Assembly: GCA_902540805.1 (NCBI GenBank)
Contig: CACBON010000002.1
Span: 27,322 to 91,321 of the forward strand
Source of the DNA: an uncultured Alphaproteobacteria bacterium
Lineage (GTDB): Bacteria > Pseudomonadota > Alphaproteobacteria > Methylaequorales > Methylaequoraceae
Direction of reading: 5' to 3'
DNA length: 64,000 nucleotides
Of the stretch, positions 16,057 to 24,118 are shown piece after piece. The position numbers and the translations under genes were made by a program. The notes under the pieces were generated by a model that saw nothing but the letters and a program-made list of their open reading frames with translations, did not search any database and had not been told where the DNA came from. Each line of letters starts with the position of its first letter. Within the stretch, counting starts at the first letter, position 1.

Positions 16057-16656
16057 TCACTCGTATTCAAGTTCTTCGTTTTTATATTTTTCAAAATATT
16101 CGTTACCAAGAATTTCTTTTATCTTCTCAATTGTAAGATCGTTAACTTTAGACGAGTATAACTCGTGCATTTCAGAACATTTTCTAGAAACTGCGTTTGC
16201 AACCCCTTGAGATATAAAATCATTTTCAAGTGCTGTTCTTGCTCTTGTGGTTGCCTCTGATTTAGCCTTTGTAAGCCTAGCTAAACCTGAATTTTTTTTT
16301 CTATTTAAATCGTCGACAACTTCCATCAGTTGTTTATAGCCTGGTTCTGGTAGGTCAATGTTAATGAATTGCCCATCAACTTCGTAATTAAACTCTACTT
16401 CGTCAATTTTTTCAGTTAAAAGGGGAATATGATCTGTATTAAATACTAAGATTTGCACTACATTTTCATTTTCTGTTTTTTTTATATCTCCTACATCAAC
16501 TAATCTTCTTGGCTTACCCTGAATGTTGATCCGGATACCTTTTAGTGTACTTAAGTTTGCATCTGCTGATTTTATTTCTTGAATTACTTCTGTATAATCT
16601 TCAATTGCTGCTTTCATTAAAGTTTCTGCTTGTATTGTATATTTATCTGCAACCAT
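16057..16656 (-). CDS. Divergent ribosome recycling factor (RRF)-like paralog
   Basis: Colinear by-eye similarity to RRF over the whole length (AETLMKAAIE, LKGIRINIQGKP, VQILVFN, DGQFINIDLP, NDFISQ, EKIKEIL), but the conserved Arg motifs are missing. Confidence 0.65.
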   Translation of the reverse strand: MVADKYTIQAETLMKAAIEDYTEVIQEIKSADANLSTLKGIRINIQGKPRRLVDVGDIKKTENENVVQILVFNTDHIPLLTEKIDEVEFNYEVDGQFINIDLPEPGYKQLMEVVDDLNRKKNSGLARLTKAKSEATTRARTALENDFISQGVANAVSRKCSEMHELYSSKVNDLTIEKIKEILGNEYFEKYKNEELEYE

Positions 16657-16665
16657 AAGATGATT

Positions 16666-17466
16666 TTATACTATTACGGTTTGATTTTCATCAACAATGT
16701 TTTGTTTATTACTGTTATTTTTATTAACATTGTCTTCTTTTTTATCTTTTTCAACCTCTTCAACAAGTGGTTTTGGTAGTTTTGAAAACTTAAATTTTGA
16801 CTTTGGGTCTAACTTTCTAATGGTTTTTTGAGCCTCATCAATTGATTTAGACAAAATTTTTATACAAAAGACTTTTCCTTCCAGCATTGAAAAACTGTAA
16901 AGAAGATTTAATTGGGCTTTGTAACAGTAAATTGAAGTAAGTAACCATCCAAGAAAAAAAATATAAATATTGACTGATATTGATATTGCCATAATTGCTG
17001 TAAACAGAAGTAAAACCCACCATTTTTGCGAATAAGCTAACCAGAATGGAGGGAAAATACCTGCTGAAAGTGAGTTTGCATTTTCGATCACCTCATAGTT
17101 TCTGTAAACGTCTCTCATCCCAATAAATTCCTTTAGTTCATCAAGATCATTTATTTTATGCGTTAAGTAATCAGATTTTATTTTACTGGTTTCCTCAGCT
17201 GTAGTCGTAATAAATTTGCAACCTAAACTATTTTCTACTAATAAATTAAAAAATGTATCGTCTCTCAGAACTGTGAGCATAGATTTTTGACTATTTTTTT
17301 TTAACTCCTTTAAATCAGCGGTAAACTGTTTTTCACCAAAAGTATAGATTTGGTTATCTAGTGCAACGATTATATCATCAGGCTTCAAAAAGTTGTTTGC
17401 AGCGTGACTTCCACTATTTATTTTATTAATTTTTAAGAGAAAGTTTCCTTCTTGCTTTTCAGACAT
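16666..17466 (-). CDS. PDZ-like domain + DUF2628-like membrane domain protein
   Basis: LKINKINSGSHAANNFLKPDDIIVALDN (PDZ-like); SAGIFPPFWLAYSQKWW followed by TM helices (DUF2628-like). Confidence 0.55.
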   Translation of the reverse strand: MSEKQEGNFLLKINKINSGSHAANNFLKPDDIIVALDNQIYTFGEKQFTADLKELKKNSQKSMLTVLRDDTFFNLLVENSLGCKFITTTAEETSKIKSDYLTHKINDLDELKEFIGMRDVYRNYEVIENANSLSAGIFPPFWLAYSQKWWVLLLFTAIMAISISVNIYIFFLGWLLTSIYCYKAQLNLLYSFSMLEGKVFCIKILSKSIDEAQKTIRKLDPKSKFKFSKLPKPLVEEVEKDKKEDNVNKNNSNKQNIVDENQTVIV

Positions 17467-17473
17467 TGTTTTG

Positions 17474-18199
17474 TTACGGGAAAGTTATACTTTCTTTTTG
17501 ATCAGTTATTTCTTTAACTAATTGCTTGTTTTGGCTGGAAATCGCTTCAAGTGCCGCATTCAATGATGATGTGCTATTAGAAAGTTCTTTAAGAAGTTTT
17601 ACGTTCTGGTTCTTTTTATTATCTTTCAATAGTTTTCCAATCTCTTTGTTAACACTTGCAGATGTAACAACTCCTGACTCTTGAATTGACTTATTCAGCT
17701 TATCAGCTTCATTTTTAATTGATTTAGAAAGCCCTGATGATAAATTTGTAATTTCTTTTGATAAATTAACCATTAGTTTTTTATCATTCGAATTAATTGC
17801 ACTTGAAAGCTCTTCAATTTTAACTTTCATCTCTTCACTGGCATTTAATAAATCAGTATGTCTAGCTAAACTTTGATTCATGTTATCTACTGCTTTATTA
17901 ACATTTTCGACATTTTCAGCAAAAACAACCAAAGCTTCTCTACTAGTGCTTGTCATGTCTTCTAGTTCAGAAAGTGACTTAAAATATAGAAGTCCAGTTA
18001 AAAGAATTGCTACAATAGCAGTGGCAATTGAACTTGAAAAAATGATTGTTGTATATTTGTGAATTTCTTTCATTTTTTGCTCCGTCTTTAAGTATTCGTT
18101 TTTAATTCTTTTGTATTCTGAAGTCACATCGGTGGCTGCGTCAGCAGCATCCAAAGCTATTTTAATGCTTTCCTGCATTGCATTAAGTTGTTGAGTCAT
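17474..18199 (-). CDS. MotF-like single-TM coiled-coil flagellar protein
   Basis: 241 aa, one TM at about residues 51-72, long heptad region, located downstream of flhB. Size, topology and position match my recollection of R. sphaeroides MotF. Confidence 0.5.
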   Translation of the reverse strand: MTQQLNAMQESIKIALDAADAATDVTSEYKRIKNEYLKTEQKMKEIHKYTTIIFSSSIATAIVAILLTGLLYFKSLSELEDMTSTSREALVVFAENVENVNKAVDNMNQSLARHTDLLNASEEMKVKIEELSSAINSNDKKLMVNLSKEITNLSSGLSKSIKNEADKLNKSIQESGVVTSASVNKEIGKLLKDNKKNQNVKLLKELSNSTSSLNAALEAISSQNKQLVKEITDQKESITFP

Positions 18200-18396
18200 G
18201 CAATTCTTCCTTTATTTAGTATTTTAACACTTTTTTGTTTTTTTTGAAATAGTGCACAATCTGTGCCAGAAACTTTCTTTATTTCTAAATATGGGTTATT
18301 TTTTGAAATTATACCAAATGCTTTACAACCATATGGAAAGTTTTTCTTATAGGTCACATAAAAATGCGAGCAGTTATTACAGTTATTTTGATTCAT
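18196..18396 (-). CDS. Small four-Cys putative metal-binding protein
   Basis: CNNCSHFYVTY..FPYGCKAFG..S..P......SG.DC..F; overlap-coupled on both sides. Confidence 0.7.
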   Translation of the reverse strand: MNQNNCNNCSHFYVTYKKNFPYGCKAFGIISKNNPYLEIKKVSGTDCALFQKKQKSVKILNKGRIA

Positions 18397-18604
18397 TTTT
18401 CATTAGATCTCTTATTTTATAATATAGTTTTGCAATTTGGAATCTCAACGCACCACAAAAAGAAGTTAAAGCACAAAACCAAAGAAATAAAGCAAGAAGA
18501 AAATTTTTCTCTTCGAATACTTCAATGGCTTTGAAGTGACATATTAATGAGCTATAAAAAAAAGCAAGAGTAACAATTAGTTGTGAAATGTTTCTATTGA
18601 TCAT
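18383..18604 (-). CDS. Small two-TM hypothetical protein
   Basis: Two hydrophobic helices; overlaps the flhB end; start at 18604 or 18625. Confidence 0.55.
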   Translation of the reverse strand: MINRNISQLIVTLAFFYSSLICHFKAIEVFEEKNFLLALFLWFCALTSFCGALRFQIAKLYYKIRDLMKNESK

Positions 18605-19745
18605 TTTTTCTTCCGAACTCGTCAAAAATCATATCTTCAGGTATCTCTATCTCTGGTTTCTCAATTTCTTCTCCATTATCTATTTTATAAATATATGCTA
18701 AGGCAATAGCAACAGCATTATAGAGTTTACTCATGATTTCATCACCAATTTCGGATGTATAGTATATTGCTCTTGCCAGTTTAGGACTTTGCATGGTACC
18801 AATTTTAAGTTCTTTTCCTTTCTTAATTATGGATTCAGCAATTTTACCCCTTCCTTTGGATATAATTATAGGAGCTTTTGCGTCCCCAACTTCATATTTA
18901 AGAGCTACAGCAAAGTGTGTTGGGTTTGTAATTATTGCAGTAGCTTCTTCAAGGTTATCAACAGACGACGCTTCTTTTCTACTTTTTGTTGCAGCTTCGG
19001 CTTGAAGTTTTCTTATTTTTTGTTTGACTTCAGGTTGTCCGTCAGTCTCTTTGTATTCGTCTTTGAGGTCTTGATGAGACATTCTAAGTTGCTTAATATA
19101 ATCATACTTTTGGTAAACTACATCTATAAAAGCTATAAATGCGAGAACGACAAGGAGATAAGCAATTATTTCTGGAAAAAAAGAAAAAAGTCTATTTACT
19201 GCGGAAAAAATATTAGCGGTTGTTAAATTGACTAAATCAGATAAATTATTTTCAATCAAAAAGAAAGCTACTAGACCAAGAAGACTGACTTTTAATATAG
19301 CCTTTACTAATTCTACTAATCCCTTAAGTGAAAATATTCTTTTTAATCCTTTAATTGGATTCATTTTCTCAAACTTCCAGTAAATTGATTTTATGGAGAA
19401 GTTTATTCCACCAATTAAAAACTGCGTTAGTACACTTACTACCAATAGTGGTATTGAAAAAATTAAAAATACTTGAATGAAAAATTTTACAACTACAGCA
19501 ACAGATTCAAGTGGAGACTTTCCAGAGGCTAATTCTGGACCAAAGGAAAATAGAGATTTACAAATTTTTAAAAAATCGTCTAAAAGCATTGGTGCAAGAT
19601 AAAATAGTAATACTCCCATGAACATTGAACTGAAAACAAAAGCTTCTTTGGAAGACAGAACTTTCCCATCCTCTTTTGCTTTTTCAAGCCTTCGGGCTGT
19701 AGGTTCCTGGGTTTTTTCTTGACTTTCGTCTTTATCTTCCGCCAT
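18594..19745 (-). CDS. flhB: Flagellar export substrate-specificity switch FlhB
   Basis: EKTQEPTARRLEKAKEDG; NPTH autocleavage motif. Confidence 0.97.
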   Translation of the reverse strand: MAEDKDESQEKTQEPTARRLEKAKEDGKVLSSKEAFVFSSMFMGVLLFYLAPMLLDDFLKICKSLFSFGPELASGKSPLESVAVVVKFFIQVFLIFSIPLLVVSVLTQFLIGGINFSIKSIYWKFEKMNPIKGLKRIFSLKGLVELVKAILKVSLLGLVAFFLIENNLSDLVNLTTANIFSAVNRLFSFFPEIIAYLLVVLAFIAFIDVVYQKYDYIKQLRMSHQDLKDEYKETDGQPEVKQKIRKLQAEAATKSRKEASSVDNLEEATAIITNPTHFAVALKYEVGDAKAPIIISKGRGKIAESIIKKGKELKIGTMQSPKLARAIYYTSEIGDEIMSKLYNAVAIALAYIYKIDNGEEIEKPEIEIPEDMIFDEFGRKNDQ

Positions 19746-19760
19746 TAAATTATATCCTTT

Positions 19761-20576
19761 TTAATTAATGAGTATATTTTCTATCGATTCTAAAGAACTT
19801 TTCGTAAGCTCTGCAAATGCATTTCCCATAGATTGAGAAGCTAAATACATTATGAAGAAAGCTAGGATCATAGTTACAGGGAATGCAAACGAAAACATAT
19901 TTAATTGAGGAGCTGCTCTTGTTATAATTCCTATTGCAATGTTTGTTAGTAAAAGTGCTCCAACAACTGGAAGCATTATTAATCCTCCTGTATAAAACAT
20001 AGCACCAGCAGCTTCTATGCCCAAACCGACAAGACCAAATGGTGGTATTCCATCATTAATATTAAAAATTTCAAAGCTTTTAAATAAAAATTCAATTGCG
20101 ATTAAATGTCCATTTAACGATAAAAAAATAGTAATTAAGAATAAGTCTAATATTAGACTAATTACTGGTGTTTGTCCGCCTGTATCTGGATCAACCATTT
20201 GGGAAAAACCTAACCCAGTAGTAGCTGCTATTTTCTCTCCAGCCAAACTTGCTGCTGCAAACCATATTGTTAGTGTTAAACCCAGTGATAATCCAATCAA
20301 AGCTTCTACTATTACAACAATAACAAGGTTATCAAGAATTTGTTCTGACACTTGAATATCAGAGAGATACCCATAATAAAAAAATGAAATCACTAGAGAA
20401 AAAATTATTTTTACATTCAAAGGAATAACTCTTGAACCAAAAAAAGGGCTTGATATGAAAAATGCTGATAATCTTATCGAACATAAAAAGAATTTAAATA
20501 AGTACTCAATAAGAGAGTTTAATTCGAGTCCTGGTAAGGCATCCATAGGACTGTAAAAAGGTAATGGAATAAACAT
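19761..20576 (-). CDS. fliR: Flagellar export gate protein FliR
   Basis: SPFFG, GLGFSQMVDP, RAAPQLNMF. Confidence 0.95.
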   Translation of the reverse strand: MFIPLPFYSPMDALPGLELNSLIEYLFKFFLCSIRLSAFFISSPFFGSRVIPLNVKIIFSLVISFFYYGYLSDIQVSEQILDNLVIVVIVEALIGLSLGLTLTIWFAAASLAGEKIAATTGLGFSQMVDPDTGGQTPVISLILDLFLITIFLSLNGHLIAIEFLFKSFEIFNINDGIPPFGLVGLGIEAAGAMFYTGGLIMLPVVGALLLTNIAIGIITRAAPQLNMFSFAFPVTMILAFFIMYLASQSMGNAFAELTKSSLESIENILIN

Positions 20577-20842
20577 TAATTTATTCCTGAAATTGTATCA
20601 AAAATAAATTGAAAATAATCAGTTAAACTCACTAAAAGAAAATTAGCTAAAAAGCCTATTGCAAAGATAACTATGACAATTTTTGGAACAAAACTAAGTG
20701 TCATTTCCTGGATTGATGTGGCTGCTTGTATAATTCCAATAATCAAGCCAATAGCAAGAGCTGCACCTAGAAATGGGCCACTAGAAATCAAAACTTGGTA
20801 AAAAGCTAATCTTATCATTTCAACATTTTGATCAAATCCCAT
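20576..20842 (-). CDS. fliQ: Flagellar export gate protein FliQ
   Basis: QAATSIQEMTLSFVPK. Confidence 0.96.
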   Translation of the reverse strand: MGFDQNVEMIRLAFYQVLISSGPFLGAALAIGLIIGIIQAATSIQEMTLSFVPKIVIVIFAIGFLANFLLVSLTDYFQFIFDTISGIN

Positions 20843-20868
20843 TATCTATTACTCCTATAACACTAAAT

Positions 20869-21615
20869 TCACGAGAACGTTCCAACAAGAGATCCCACAG
20901 TCATTGACCAACCATCAACCAAAACAAAAAGGAGTAGTTTAAAGGGTAGGGCAATTAACATTGGAGATAACATCATCATACCAAGTGACATCAAAACAGA
21001 AGCTACGACCATATCAATTACCAAAAAAGGTAAAAAAAGTAAAAAACCAATCTGAAATGCAGTTTTTAATTCACTCGTAATATATGCTGGCAAAACAATG
21101 TAAAAAGGGATTTGAGAACTATTTTCAAACTTTCCCTCATTTGCCATTTCTGCAAACATCAATAAATCATTCTTTCGTGTATTTTTAACCATGAATTTTT
21201 TTAACTCACCGCCGCCACTTTCAACTGCCTCAGATAAATTCATTTCTCCATTATTATAGGGTTCGGAGACATCAGAGTAAATTTTATTAAATGTAGGAGC
21301 CATTACAAAAAAAGTAAGGAATAGGGAGATAGCGACTAAAATTTGGTTGGGCGGTGTTTGCTGTGTCCCAAGAGCTTGTCTTAAAATTGACATAACAATA
21401 ATAATTCTTGTAAAAGCAGTCATTCCTAAAACGAGTGAAGGCAGAATTGTTAAAGCTGTCATCAACGCTAAAATTTTTAGAGAAACAGAATATGTTTTTG
21501 TGCCATTTTCTGACTCAGTAATAGTTAATGCTTCTAATCCTTCGGGAGCCATTTGAGAAAACCCAAAAAATGGAAAAAGAATAATAATTAAAAACAAAAA
21601 ATTAATTTTTTTCAT
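20869..21615 (-). CDS. fliP: Flagellar export gate protein FliP
   Basis: MTAFTRIIIV, QTPPNQ, SELKTAFQIGF, PFKLLLFVLVDGW. Confidence 0.97.
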   Translation of the reverse strand: MKKINFLFLIIILFPFFGFSQMAPEGLEALTITESENGTKTYSVSLKILALMTALTILPSLVLGMTAFTRIIIVMSILRQALGTQQTPPNQILVAISLFLTFFVMAPTFNKIYSDVSEPYNNGEMNLSEAVESGGGELKKFMVKNTRKNDLLMFAEMANEGKFENSSQIPFYIVLPAYITSELKTAFQIGFLLFLPFLVIDMVVASVLMSLGMMMLSPMLIALPFKLLLFVLVDGWSMTVGSLVGTFS

Positions 21616-21928
21616 TTTTTAGCCTATTTTCAAATACTTTCTCAAGATTGTTACCTTTGAGACTGTTGTTTTTTATTTCTGTCAATAAAGAACCAGAATT
21701 TTTCCCAGAAATAAAAAGATAATCTTTATTATCTAAATTTAAGATTAAAGCTCTGTCACCCTGTCCCAGTAGGGTAACTTCAGATACTTTCATTCTTTTC
21801 CTTGAATTAATGGTTCTTGAGATTAAGTGTTTGTTTTTCTTAATATAATACAAGCCTACAAAAAGCAGAGCTAAAAATCCTAACACTAGTAAATAGTTTG
21901 ATAAACTTGGACCTACATATTCTGGCAT
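21602..21928 (-). CDS. fliO: Flagellar protein FliO
   Basis: TM helix plus MKVSEVTLLGQGDRALIL domain, between fliN and fliP. ATG 21928 has an AGAGGGG RBS; the track's TTG 21955 lies upstream of the predicted TSS. Confidence 0.8.
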   Translation of the reverse strand: MPEYVGPSLSNYLLVLGFLALLFVGLYYIKKNKHLISRTINSRKRMKVSEVTLLGQGDRALILNLDNKDYLFISGKNSGSLLTEIKNNSLKGNNLEKVFENRLKNEKN

Positions 21929-21961
21929 TTTTCCCCTCTTGTTTGGTTTATACAAGAGAGA

Positions 21962-21977
21962 TGCAAAAACCTTGCCG
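21962..21977 (-). promoter_or_regulatory. Sigma-54 promoter of the fliO operon
   Basis: CGGCAAGGTTTTTGCA on the minus strand. Confidence 0.75.
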
Positions 21978-21995
21978 AAACAACAGTAGTCACTT

Positions 21996-22008
21996 TAAAT
22001 AGCTGATT
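21996..22008 (-). promoter_or_regulatory. IHF-like site
   Basis: AATCAGCTATTTA, one mismatch to WATCAANNNNTTR, between the enhancer-like box and the promoter. Confidence 0.4.
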
Positions 22009-22038
22009 TAATTGATAAATTATTCATTAAAAAAAAGA

Positions 22039-22054
22039 TGTCAATTTGCTGACA
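22039..22054. promoter_or_regulatory. FleQ-like enhancer box upstream of the fliO promoter
   Basis: Palindrome TGTCAATTTGCTGACA (GTCA-N6-TGAC), centred about 95 bp upstream of the predicted TSS. Confidence 0.6.
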
Positions 22055-22055
22055 A

Positions 22056-22457
22056 CTATAAGTTTTCGATTAGTTCCTCTGGGGTAGCAACTTCAGTAAA
22101 CCTTATACCAAATTTTTCACCAACCATAACAACTTCGCCTTTGGCAATTTTTGTCCCATTTGCTAAAATATCTAAGGCGTCTCCAGCTAATCTGTCAAGC
22201 TCAACAACAGATCCTTCATTTAATCGTAGCAAATCTTTGATTTTAATTTCAGTATTTCCAACTTCAACAGTAAGTTTTACTTCGATGTTTTCCAAAAGTC
22301 TTAAATTACTTACTGCTGTGGTATTTTTATCTGAAGTCTTTGAGGATTCTGCTTCAGATTTATTAGCTTGATTTTCAGCTGAGGCTTCAGGTGCCTTAGT
22401 TTCTTCTTGAGTTTGTTCGGTCTGATTTTTATCTTTTTCTGCTATTTCTGCATTCAT
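22056..22457 (-). CDS. fliN: Flagellar motor switch protein FliN
   Basis: LLENIEVKLTVEVG, GSVVELDRLAGDALDILANG, GEVVMVGEKFGIR. Confidence 0.96.
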   Translation of the reverse strand: MNAEIAEKDKNQTEQTQEETKAPEASAENQANKSEAESSKTSDKNTTAVSNLRLLENIEVKLTVEVGNTEIKIKDLLRLNEGSVVELDRLAGDALDILANGTKIAKGEVVMVGEKFGIRFTEVATPEELIENL

Positions 22458-22468
22458 AATTTTTCTCC

Positions 22469-23446
22469 TTAATTATTTCGTGTAGCAAGCTTTACTGAAG
22501 CATTGCCGTTTAGTTCTCCCATTTCAGCCTTAAAGTATTTTTGATTCTCAACATAAAAATCCACCGTATCCTCTAAATTTACGTTTAATGTATCTCCTGC
22601 CTTCATTCTAAGCAATTTAGACATGGAGACAACCGGTTCGCTTAGATTACTTTTAACTAATAAGGGAATTTCTAATATTGCTTTTTCTAACTTATCTCGC
22701 CACGTCATGTTAGATTCGACCACATCAGATTGTACTCTAGATCTCAGTAAAGATGAAACTGGTTTAAGTGTTTGAAGTGGATACACCACATCAAAAGACA
22801 TTGAGTCAATATTAGGTAATTGCATTACAAATGAACATACTATAACTAAATCTGTAGATTCTACAAAAGCAGCAAACTGAGGATTTTGCTCTCTACTTTG
22901 AAATTTGATTGAAATAGGCGTTAAATCTTTCCAACACTGTTCAAGAACCTTGGAGATTCCATTATTTATAACTTCGATTATTTTTTCTTCGGTTGCAGTA
23001 AATTCGGTTCTTTCAGTATCATTAACCTCCAATTTTCCTCCATATCTGCTACTAGTACAAAGACTAACAAAAGATGGTGGCAGTACAGTCAGCATGGAAC
23101 CTCTTAACTCGTCTATTCTACTGTTTGTTAAACTCATAAATGCATCTAAACCAGAACTGTACTCCTCGAAAGATTTTACTTCTGGGGGAAACGAACTTAT
23201 TCTCGGTTGAACTCTAAGCAAAGGGAGAAATACACCACGCACTGTTCTTGCGAATCTCTCGTTTATCAGTCTTAAAGCGTAATAATCTCCTAAGAGTGAA
23301 AGATCATCTGAGCCGAAATTAAATTTTTTATATTCAATCTCAGTCCCATCTTTGACTGTAGTTGATGCACTTAAATCTCCCGATTTTAGTCCATCCATTA
23401 ATGCGTTGACTTCTTCGGTAGATAATTTCCTTGATGGTTCAGACAT
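22469..23446 (-). CDS. fliM: Flagellar motor switch protein FliM
   Basis: LSTEEVNALM, LRLINERFAR, RTEFTATE, EQNPQFA. Confidence 0.93.
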   Translation of the reverse strand: MSEPSRKLSTEEVNALMDGLKSGDLSASTTVKDGTEIEYKKFNFGSDDLSLLGDYYALRLINERFARTVRGVFLPLLRVQPRISSFPPEVKSFEEYSSGLDAFMSLTNSRIDELRGSMLTVLPPSFVSLCTSSRYGGKLEVNDTERTEFTATEEKIIEVINNGISKVLEQCWKDLTPISIKFQSREQNPQFAAFVESTDLVIVCSFVMQLPNIDSMSFDVVYPLQTLKPVSSLLRSRVQSDVVESNMTWRDKLEKAILEIPLLVKSNLSEPVVSMSKLLRMKAGDTLNVNLEDTVDFYVENQKYFKAEMGELNGNASVKLATRNN

Positions 23447-23458
23447 AACTTTTATTTC

Positions 23459-24091
23459 CTATTGTACTACAAATGAGGTAAAATGTACATTCTCGATTCC
23501 ACCAAACCCTTCAACTTTTACAAGAACCTCATTAATTCCATCTCTCAATGATTCAGCTAAATTATTTTTACCCTCTTTACCGGCAATATCTTCAGAAGAA
23601 AATTCGGACATGATAGTTAATATTTCTGATCTCAGAGCAAGCTGATGACTCTCCACATTTACCATTACTTGTTCGTCATATTGAGTTGAAACTCCAACTG
23701 AGAGTTGTAGAAACTTTTTTGATCCCTTTAAGTTGGCTGTAAAATTGCCAGGAAATTCATAATACGTTGTTGTAAAGATTTCTTCGTCAGGTGTAATCTT
23801 TGGAATCTTCTTTGGGCCTGCAGGACAATTACCTTCTTCATCTTTTTCTTCTTCAGCGCATTCAGCTGCAGCCTCATCAATATTTTCTTCATCTTCATTT
23901 TTTGATGGTTCAGGATTGTCTTTTTTTTCAATAATCTGAGATATTTCAGTTGATGGGTCTGTCTCCTCTCCACCGCCTACAAAAATTCCAACTCCAATAC
24001 CTGTTCCTAGAAGAACTATGCCACCTACAATCATCAAAATTAATTTTAAGGGTGACTTCTTTTCATTTTCTTGATTATTCTCTTCTGCCAT
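23459..24091 (-). CDS. fliL: Flagellar basal body-associated protein FliL
   Basis: N-terminal TM, FTANL, C-terminal VHFTSFVVQ. Confidence 0.93.
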   Translation of the reverse strand: MAEENNQENEKKSPLKLILMIVGGIVLLGTGIGVGIFVGGGEETDPSTEISQIIEKKDNPEPSKNEDEENIDEAAAECAEEEKDEEGNCPAGPKKIPKITPDEEIFTTTYYEFPGNFTANLKGSKKFLQLSVGVSTQYDEQVMVNVESHQLALRSEILTIMSEFSSEDIAGKEGKNNLAESLRDGINEVLVKVEGFGGIENVHFTSFVVQ

Positions 24092-24118
24092 TATTTTCTC
24101 CTTAATATTTTAAATTAA

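Noticed and set aside
16057-16656. Calling this gene frr
   Set aside because: Invariant Arg motifs absent and context is not rpsB-tsf-pyrH; reported as a paralog without a symbol.
18196-18396. Uracil-DNA glycosylase label for the four-Cys protein
   Set aside because: Only 66 aa, with no UDG catalytic motifs.
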